In this document: positions 54,801 through 64,000 of the stretch, in pieces | Numbering within the stretch: the first letter of the stretch is position 1 | How the letters are laid out: the number at the start of each line of letters is the position of its first letter | Assembly (NCBI GenBank): GCA_001949185.1 | Contig: BDGG01000005.1 | Span: 1,725,249-1,789,248, forward strand | Reading direction: 5' to 3' | Source of the DNA: Ramazzottius varieornatus | Lineage: Eukaryota > Animalia > Tardigrada | Length of the DNA stretch: 64,000 bases | Program-made: the position numbers and the translations under genes | The notes under the pieces: model-generated | Databases searched by the model: none | Told to the model about the DNA's origin: nothing | The model's input: the letters and a program-made list of their open reading frames with translations, nothing else

Positions 54801-57086
54801 TGGAAAGGCTGATGATTTACGTGCTTCGGGTAAACCTTTCAGGCTTTCAGCGATCTCAAGCGTGCCGGTCTACAGTGTCCGACAAAACAGACATTCAAAA
54901 ATGGGGGGCTTCTTACTCACATGTAGCGAGTTCTATTTGAGGCTGACGAAATCTCCAAATTTGATTTAGATGAAGCAACCTGGTTTCCACTGATGCCCAT
55001 TTTCGAAGGTCTGTTTTGTCGGACACTGTTTTCTTCTGGTGGCGAATCCAACAGCCGTAGTGACCTTTGATCCTGACATCGTTTAGCCCGTGTAAAAATA
55101 GATAGACTACCACAGTGCACTTACTGGAGTTCGAGGTCTTGAGGTGCGGCTTTCGGCTCCAACTTGGTACCATTGCCGCCTCTCGATGACCGGGGTGGAT
55201 CGGGGTTGCTTCTCACAGTTAAGCTGCAACGAAAGGCATCACAAGTTAATACACAGGAAGTGTCTCAATAGCATCATATAATAGATCAAGGCCATACTGT
55301 CAACCCCAGCGCAAACACCGGCCTGGGCGAAACCTTTTTACGGGTCCTCCCCACAATCTACTCAACCCCTTTTAGGTTTCTCTTCGCTGACGACGTTGTG
55401 GAATGGATACTCAGTTCTAGCTACAGTATCCATCACAGGAACGGAATAAGGGGGAAATTTTGCGGTGAGGCTTACTGATTGAGAATGGCAGCATAGGCTG
55501 CTGACATACACATCTCCGCACTGCCCGGTTTCCGCATAAGAACAATTTAGCGTAAAATGGGCACACAAAAAAACTTGGCGATATGGTTTGACGGATCACG
55601 ATGAAAAAGAAGATCTCGATATTGAGGGATACAAAGACGACCAGGCAGACGATTGGTGGCAAGCAGACAGCGGGGATATAACGTTTCGAGGGGAGGAGCC
55701 AGCAGGAAGAAAAAGGCGAGCTGTGGACGGAGAGAAGCAGAAACCGTGTATACTGGCAGATGCCTTCCTTCCCCTTACAATCGAGAATCTGAATGGATGC
55801 ACGCGGCAGTGTGCCTCTTTTTCCGTGTGACTCAGCACCGCCAGATCTCTCCTCCGATATCTTACGTAAAACACCTCCTGCAGCTACCAAGCTCTTGCAT
55901 GCACAGCGCGACCAATCGACCAATCGATAATATTTTGCGAAATGAACTGAGGCTCAATGCAGCTCAGCAAGCAAACTGTGTGGTACCACACCGTATACAG
56001 TGACAGTACGAGGTACATCAAGACAATACCGAACAGTTGCCACTGACATGCTCCAGCCGGAGATCAGCGAACGAGTCAGACACAGTTGACTTGTAACGAA
56101 AGATGTGTCCCTGAAGATGTATCCAAACCCTTGGTACAATCGTACAGAAACCAGTACGTCAGGTAAGGCGAGCTCACGAACTTCCTCGCCCTTCCTCATG
56201 CCGTGTTCGTCCCGCCCAGTTCAACACGCGCACACTCGCACCAGAGTTGTGCCACGGCATGTATGCAACACATCGCACCCAGATACAGCCGCGCACAGTA
56301 CCGTTTGATGCTGCGTGCGCCACCCAAAGATGGTGCGCGTGCTGATCTGGGTCATTGCGGTAAGGTTGCCATCGTATTTCAGGAAATCGGTCTACTTCCC
56401 ATCACTTTAATCGAGCTCAACTCGCGCGCTGTCGCGCCATAGTTCTGCAAAATACGTCTGTACGAATGCATTCACCCAGATGAAATCGCGCACAACTCGT
56501 TTATATTTGTCCCCGTCATTCAGGGATAATGCGCGTGCTCATATGAGTCAATGCGTGAGGTTTCGATCGTATTTCAAGGAATTCGGTCTACTTTCCATCT
56601 AGCGTCCTGCACAGTCATCAGCCGTACATCATGTGCCTCACACGGATAGAAAGGACGAAGCTAGGACGCGAGTTTTACGTATGGGGATTTCGCGGTGCGA
56701 GTGGGAGGGTGGCGATTAATTTGTCAAAGTGAGGAAGGAACTCAGGTTGACAGGGATGTCTTTGGGCATTAGCGCATGCTTTGCTCGAAGACACGCTGTT
56801 GATTTAGGGGAATCCTGTCACGTCCGAGTAGCTAGCGGGCAGGGGGTTCCTGTACGTTGTAAGGTCGTGGTACCTTACATTCAGGAGCACTTAGCTAATA
56901 CGACGGGAAGAAAGAGAATGCTTACCCGCAACAGGAGAAGCAGCAGCTCCTACTACTCCGGCTCCGACTGCGGCTGCCAGATTGGTTCGGGGAAGAAGGC
57001 GGTGTGTCGACGCTGCTGCGTGATCGAGAATTGGGATTATTGCGAAGCCGAAGATCATTGTTCCGCGTGTAGGTGCTACTACTCAT
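51816..57086 (-). CDS. Regulator of G-protein signalling, RZ family (RGS17/19/20-like); exons between 54476 and 56926 unresolved
   Basis: Exon 57086-56926 ends in Cys string SCCFSCCG; exon ~54476-54414 [57 protein letters not shown] | VSLDSRVRE..FDEAQLQIFTLMHRDSYPRF. Confidence 0.88.
52192..52350. repeat. Two tandem palindrome family copies (RGS intron)
   Basis: aagatcgttttcccaagtggcgcac..atgcgcaacttg and cccagtggcgcac..gtgcgcctttttgaataacgatcttgt. Confidence 0.8.
54323..54392. repeat. Palindrome family copy (RGS intron)
   Basis: caagcggcgcac-N25-gtgcgcgacttgaaacaacgatct. Confidence 0.75.
56334..56599. repeat. Two diverged ~70-bp direct repeats in an RGS intron
   Basis: tgcgcgtgctgatctgggtcattgcg..atcgtatttcaggaaatcggtctacttcccatc (56334-56404) vs tgcgcgtgctcatatgagtcaatgcg..atcgtatttcaaggaattcggtctactttccatc (56530-56599). 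Confidence 0.75.
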
Positions 57087-58433
57087 CTACAACAGAAAAA
57101 CACAGCATGAAGCAAAACCTTCCAGTGTAAATGTCTCATAATGATGCAATAACGACGAAACCGGCTCTTAAAACATTTCTTCGGCATCAACCATTCAAAA
57201 TTTTGACAAGATGCCAAACCAAAGAAATCAGACAAATAATGATGTTCTGCGACTGCCTTTCAGCAAGGGAAAGAACTTCCCTCTTCTGCAGTCTTGGGCG
57301 GCAGTAAGATTGGCTTGGTTTCTCGTTGACACATCCTACAATCTTTAGTGTCATATCTTTACGACCCACAGCTCAACGTCTAGGCAAGTTGTTAGCAATT
57401 AATTTAACCAGTACTCGTCAAACGGACAGAGGGACAGAACGCCATCTGTCCGCGAACCATAAAGAACCCAACGACCGTGGCGCCACCTTTGGCGGCCCCA
57501 CCGCAGGATAAGCTTCCTATCAAAACCTTGATCTGCTTCACCAACGAAATTTCCAAAGATCCAAATATCCTTTCTAGAGACCAACAAAATTGGAGCCTCG
57601 TAGCACTGTTGCAAATTGATGAACCATGACGAAGTAAACTATACGTCCATATTCCATAATTACCATTAATGTTTCCTATCAGCCCCGCGAGTACACGCAC
57701 TGGAAGTAATGTCCAATTTTATCATCGAATCTGTCCGTTTAAGGGAAAACGTTCACGTGTAGACAGAAATAATATAGACCGCAGTCGATGACGAGGTGCG
57801 GCGTAGGTACCTATGCCTTTCCGGCGGCGGAATACTTATAAGGTCGCGGTCGGTTGACTATCTAGTCCAGTAAAATGGTTCCTCTCCTTCCAAACCATCT
57901 CCTTCCCAGATACTTATTCCACCGTCTTGCCCGATAGATATCGCAAGAAGACATCTAGACAACCATGACACGAATCCAGACACGAAAGAATGAACAGCGA
58001 TCACCGTCTCTCATTCCAAAACATGGGCTGACGTGCGCTGAGATTGCTTGATGATGGCAGCTCAAGGTCCCCCTTTCCGTCTCAGGGATGAGACTCAATG
58101 AGGCTAGAGGGGGTTTCGCACGCGGCCATAAAAATAGCTTGCGCGCATGCCTACACCTGCCATCCCGCATCACAGATAGCATACACTTTTGACGTGACGT
58201 CATCGCGACCCGACCCTTCCCTTGATCATCCCCAATGCTTATGGGAGGGATAATAACAAAAAGCAGACGATAAAGTGCAGGATGAGTGTTTACTGATTTC
58301 ATTCCAGCCGCTACACACTGCCTTCCTGGGCCGGATTATGGTGGGGCGCGCGGCTTTAGTCCCATGTAACCATGAGCAAGCAGGCGCAACTTCCTGATAT
58401 TCAAAGTCTTCACTATGGACAATTAACCCGCAT

Positions 58434-58499
58434 ATCAACATAGGTGTGGACCGACACACCTATGTTGATTACACCTAACCTACACATTACACCTAACCT
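58434..58499. repeat. Perfect 15-bp hairpin followed by a 12-bp direct duplication
   Basis: atcaacataggtgtg-gaccga-cacacctatgttgat, then tacacctaacct twice. Confidence 0.75.
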
Positions 58500-61400
58500 G
58501 CTGCAACTTTTCTTGTGGCTCAAACTAAAGCAAATTGACGTTCAGCGGTTTTCACCCGGGTAACATGATCCACTTCAAAGACAGAACACGCATTACATCT
58601 TGCTCGCTCCCGCTTCAGGGGACTCTATATTACCATAAAGCATGGACGGACAACGAACCAAGAAGCAAACTTCTTCGGCAGAGTAGTCAACGCGCTCCAC
58701 ACACGATAAACGGTGGCTTTCCTTCGCCGAGATCTTTAAAAAAAACGACCGACTTTCTCCCTCCCTGATTTTGACGTGCTTCCTGTGGCGCGAGAAACGG
58801 AGTGGAAATTTCCAGTTCGCTTCTGGAAAGATCATCGAGGTACGGGAAGGGATCATCAGCGACTTTGACAGGATTCCAAGGTGTACAGACAAGGAAGAGA
58901 CTTTGGGGACGGCGTTGAAGTGTCCCAATTTATTAGCGCATTATCGTGGCACTTGACATCCAAAAAAACAAGAAACCGCCTGTACGAAAATCAGTTGGTA
59001 CACTTGATTTTCGACAACCTGCAATCGCTTAATCCACATGGGGAATTGCAGCAACGTGAAGCCTGTAAAAGAGGAAGGCATCGATGAATGGTCGATGTTG
59101 GGTTCCTGAACTTTGCCTGAACCTCCGCATCCATGATCCATTTGCCACCACACAGTACGTGCATGTGTACATCGACGTCTGGGTGGAGCAACATGCCGCC
59201 ACCGTCTGTCTCGGCTGATGCTTGATGGAGGGTTCGTCCATCAGCCATGCGTACATTAGGCCTGCGATAGGAAGAGCCACTCGATTGGCAGGTCACAAAA
59301 GTCATCGCCATCTCATCATGCAAATTGTTCCCCCATTGCTGCTGTCTTTTTGTGCGCGCCAGCCAAAGTCACTTGTGCGTAGCACCAACAACACTGCCAC
59401 TATTCGCCCCATCCGAACTAGGCTGCCATCTCATCCAACTAAGTCACCGAGCTGGGTCGTGAAGACTCTTGTGAATGGGCGAAGAACTTACTACGACCCC
59501 AACAGTCAGTTGCTTCAAAACGAGAAATTTCGCAGTCCCAAAGCAGACACTTGCCTTTCCTACCCGATTCAACTCGCGCAGTACGATAAGATACCTTTTT
59601 ACAAACCAACGGCACGAACGAGATGGAATCAGTGGATGACATACCAACATACAATTTCTGCCCAACCAAGCCTGTGCAGTGGTCTGTATATTATCAATTG
59701 GATCCTGCGCGGACTGAAAGGCAAATCTGCCAACCTTCACCGAGCTGCCCCGGTTCGTCCGCGCACGAAACGAACGTTTGCGCGGCTACGATGGGGTTCA
59801 CATTGAGAGCCAGTGTGCTGCCCGGACTAAGCCGCGTACTGAAGAGCGGAAGTACCTTGTTGGGGTTTCTGGAGTCCTGCGCCGCCGAAATGCGGTAGTG
59901 TAGATTTTCAGATCCACAACACGCTAAACAGCGAAGGCATTAATGCAGTGTCGAGCCACCCCGTTGCCCGGATCCTTGTACACACAAGGAACACATACAT
60001 CATGATTTTGTAGCGATATCGATTGGTAAATCGCTGCCACCGATCTTGCCTCTCATGAGAGAAATGAAAGTCCCAGGCTGTCCAATTCCGCAAGCGGTGT
60101 ACGCACCATACAAGCCATCGACATACACCCCAATGCATCCTCCGTTTCTCATCGTCCATAAAGCACAAATCAAACTCTAGCACCTTTCTTAACAAGCAGC
60201 GCCTATACAGTATTCAGTTTCCAGGAAAACAATTCGCTTGAGGAACCCACACCATGCAAGTGGCAATTTTCATCCTCAAAATATTCCCTGTCTTTCCAAC
60301 GAAGACTGAGAATACACACTCTACTTTTATAAAATTCTAATTAAAAATTAAGGGAATTGAAAATTTGTGGGAAGGGTTTCCCGAGGAGCTTACCGGACGG
60401 GATTCTTGCTTTAGCATTGTCATCTAGACATACGTCTAGATGAAAGAATACCGGTAGGTTACTACGCAGGAAAGGCTGATCTGTTGGAGACCGTCAGCGT
60501 CGATCAGAAGGCGATGACGACGATTGCCTGCAAGATGATACGTAGTTCCCAACTTCACTGACGTCTCTTACAGCCGGATAATCCAAAGTCAAAAATCCGC
60601 GGACGGTACTGCCGGATGTAGGTATTACAGCGTCAACATCATTTGACCAGCCAAAGTTAGATAATCAGCATGACAAAGTAAATGCTACGTTCACAACAAG
60701 GCCTTGACACAAAGATATGAGCAACCAGGGATCATGGGCAATACACGGTAAGATCACTAAGTTGAGACAAAGTCCTTGCATGAGGTTATTTCATAAGGCA
60801 ATAAGGCAGAAGAAGGGACCACAAGACACTTTTCCCTTCGACAAAGAACGAGGTCTAACCTTGTCTTTGGGCCACAATATTCGTACAGCTAATTCGCCTC
60901 CATGACATTTGCTGCATAGTGAGCACCATAGTGTGGTGGTGTGTCAGGGATTCGCTATCGACGTTACGCGACAAAGATGGGAGAGAACCAGCGGCGAAGA
61001 GTGAGAGGAGGAAGGAAGAAAGGCAAATGGATCGAAGTGTGCGCGAGCCCAACAACCGAGGCTGAGGAGAGACTGACACACGAGGGAGGGAGGGTTGGCC
61101 GGGTTGTTGGCTTGTGTTGGGCCTGTATTCTCAATGAGGATATATTGGCAGCTATAGCTTGATCGCCAGCTCTCGCCTCGCTTCTCTGAGGTCTCTGCAA
61201 TATGCATCATGACAAATGTGGAACGATGAGCTCCAACTTCTTCTTGCTGTGTTCACGGGACAGGAAGCTCCACATTGCGTCAAAGAGTACTAATATGTTG
61301 TACGCAGAAGCGAGCGGGGACCTCGCGCGGCGCTATACGAGGAAATGAAGCGAAGGACTAGACGCTGCGGTCTGCTGACGAATCGGCATTACAACCCATG

Positions 61401-61796
61401 GTTTTGCATGCGAGACGCGTATGTAACCGTTTCTCTTCTGGCCGGGGCACATCAAGTGGGAGCACTGACTTGCTAGCCACAGCTACGAGTACGTAGCATG
61501 AGGACTGCGGGAATGGGGTTTGCGACTGCATAGACGCGGGTAATATATGTGTTACAGAATAGGGCAATCGAGGGGCGCGCCATCTAATGCGCCTACAAGC
61601 AAGCTTGTATTTCCGCCAAACGATACATTAATACGTTCAATTGCCTGCTAAGTTGCTACTGTGAGAGCCACGATATACACGCTATCATGATGGAAAGCAT
61701 CTCTCAGAGTGGATGCAGTAGTAACCCCCCACATCAGGCTCACGACCTCGCAGCTGGCACCACGCAAAGGGAGATAAAATCATGCTCACGATGAAA

Positions 61797-61880
61797 GAGG
61801 TCATTTTGTTCAAATGGCGCACGTTTTCGGTGCTGTTGCATGAAAGTGTGCGCCACTTGGACAACGATCTTGTCGCGCTG
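61797..61880. repeat. Palindrome family copy (RGS upstream region)
   Basis: caaatggcgcac-N25-gtgcgccacttggacaacgatcttgtcg. Confidence 0.8.
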
Positions 61881-63455
61881 GTCTACCTGCGTCCCGCATT
61901 GCGACTCGGATTTAAGCTATCCAGAAGCGCAAAGCAGTTTGTTGGGCAAGGTTTTCTCTTTTATGCGGATAAGGAAGTACGCAATGCATATTCGACTCTA
62001 CGACGAAAGTTTGCCTAACCACAAACAACGTGGCCGCATGGTGAACGAAGACGAATCTTACGTAGCTGAATTCCCACAGGGGAATATTATGGGACTTTGA
62101 AGCTGCGCATGCCGAACAAATACTACGCGGTACAAGACGTGGTTGCAACCTGCAGTAATGTCATGCATAGCGCAACAGCAGAAACCCTGGCCCGGGAAAG
62201 AAACGCAGACGTAAAACAGTCAACAACATGGTCCGTCATATCACAGTGCAACCTATCGGCGAAAGGTTGACGGAGAAAGCAGCAACGTTAACAGGGGTAT
62301 AGAGAAGAGCGTCAGAGCTTTAAATTCAGCTCGCAGCGTTGACAACCTAATATTGATGGACAAGTTGAAGGAGGACGTGAAGATGATGGGTGCCAAAAGC
62401 AGATTGTGATTTGGCCGTAATTGCCACTCTCATCTCTCACGATTGCCCAGTTTGCCGTCCGATGTCTTCCCCCTCCTTCTTACCAACCAAGAAGGGCCAG
62501 AGCGAAACAAACTTAGTTACCTTGCACATGCAGTGAAGCTACTGGAATGAAAAGTCAATTGGGCGGAAAACTCAACCGACAAGAAAAAAGAACCATCTTC
62601 CTGTTGAACAGGAAACATCCTTCCCCGCGTCTATTTTCTCAAATGTAGTAACCTCTGCCTTAATTAAACTGAAGAAATTCCCAGATCAATTTCTGACCTG
62701 AAGGTAATTTGGAGACCGGCAGACGGAACGAGCAATATCGTTGCGAGTACCTGTAGTGGCGCACCCTTCCAGCCAATAACAATGCAAACACGCGCCGAAT
62801 GTGTAAGTAACGCCTCCATGCTTCGTCTGCCGACTACCCAAAGTTCGGATATAAAAATAAAATTTGGAAAGAGGAGAGTGCGATCGATGGCCTTGCTCGA
62901 TACCAGTAGGTGCAGCTATTACGTTTTCCCGGCCTTTCTTCCGTGAACGTACTTTTATCATAGCCTGCGTGGAACCACACCCCTATACAGTCAGCATGTC
63001 AAGCCTCCAGTAACACTGGGTACCAGGTAAGAAACACTTCTCACATCGACCATTGAAGACCACACTAACTCAAAGATCCACAAAACGCACCGCCTCGGAC
63101 TAGCGTACAGTCCCATTCATGATTATACTGAGTGACGCCACTTGGAGGAGGCAAGGCCTAAATTCTCAAGATGCCTTCTTGACTATCCATTAATTTTAAC
63201 CATCAATTTGCACGAGACATGGTGGTGTGCTACTTAGCACACTGAGGTAATTGACATCTTTACCGAGGGAACGTGAGCTTGTCTTTGCCTGTAAACCAGC
63301 TTCCCAAGCCCAACATTTGCGCACGAGATCTCTTACGCACCACAAAATGGACCAACCGTCGTTTTGCCATCCCGGTGCAGTACGCGTACACCAAGTCCAG
63401 CCATATTATAAAACAATGTTCAACATTATAAAACTAAGCACTTACAGAGAAAAGG

Positions 63456-64000
63456 TTATTTCTTTCCGGTTTTCGACGGACTGGATGAAGATTCGCTGAG
63501 AGATGCGTCAAAGGCTTCGGTCCCTCCACCGTCTTGAACTTGACTTGCTTTCAGAAGGCGGTACAGCGCTACGGCTTCTTTGCTGGTTTGTCTCACGCAA
63601 AAAGCTTGAATTTCAACCAGCAAATCCTGCAAGAAAAAATCACCATTCATACACTATTCAAAATCAAGATGCTAGAAAAAATCTGGAAGCTCTACAACTC
63701 GACTAGATCTTTTTCCAAGTGGCGCAGTTTTCACTGATACTGGCTGGAAGCGTGCGCCACTTGGAAAAAAACGATCTGGTCGAGTTGGTTCGTCGAGCTC
63801 CTGATTGATTTCAATCGAAATTCTATAAAAGTAAACCTGAGCGATAAAACTCTGCGATACTCATACCGGATTTTCAGCAAGGTTCAAAGTCTTGTTTCGG
63901 ACAGCGCTCTGCAGGAAGACGCACACCAGCCGTATCAGCCGGTGATTGTATGCTGATTCGGTTGAAGCGCCACTGTCGCATTTGCGAAGAGCGTAAGAAA
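63456..64000 (-). CDS. CNOT11: CCR4-NOT subunit 11, last two exons (gene continues beyond window)
   Basis: RLIRLVCVFLQSAVRNK | DLLVEIQAFC..KEAVALYRLLK matches the CNOT11 C terminus. Confidence 0.85.
63695..63790. repeat. Palindrome family copy, near full length (CNOT11 intron)
   Basis: aactcgactagatctttttccaagtggcgcag-N24-gtgcgccacttggaaaaaaacgatctggtcgagtt. Confidence 0.9.

Noticed and set aside
57100-63450. Numerous short ORFs upstream of the RGS coding start
   Set aside because: No motifs or consistent exon chain; most likely RGS 5' introns, UTR exons and regulatory DNA.

Overview
Compact, gene-dense animal genomic DNA with many short GT-AG introns, mostly ~45-250 nt. Gene content and compactness suggest a small-genome invertebrate, possibly a tardigrade such as Ramazzottius; this is inference only. 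About 20 recognisable genes lie in an almost strictly alternating head-to-head / tail-to-tail order: grainyhead, NME6, APT1/LYPLA, V-ATPase G, a BTB-like orphan, POP1, groucho, a decayed GH16-like cluster, CPVL, DNLZ, FKBPL-like, ZMAT2, Nopp140, RPA3, APN1 (endonuclease IV), GTDC1/QTMAN, POT1-like, MED26, TMEM65, SETD9, an RZ-family RGS and the 3' end of CNOT11. Best lead: a sense-strand, D-arm-less tRNA-like RNA with a perfect GCAGG-UUCGAUU-CCUGC T-arm inside an intron of POP1, the RNase P/MRP scaffold gene; it is a candidate RNase P autoregulatory substrate. Other leads: about 20 copies of a mostly intronic palindrome (AAGTGGCGCAC-N24/25-GTGCGCCACTT) with fixed spacer length but variable spacer sequence; a probable DNLZ-FKBPL dicistron with a 26-nt gap; a ~165-bp palindrome in the GTDC1/POT1-like divergent promoter; a non-canonical POT1-like protein; and several non-autonomous DNA transposons. 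Exon boundaries were read by eye and gene names come from recalled protein motifs, not database searches.
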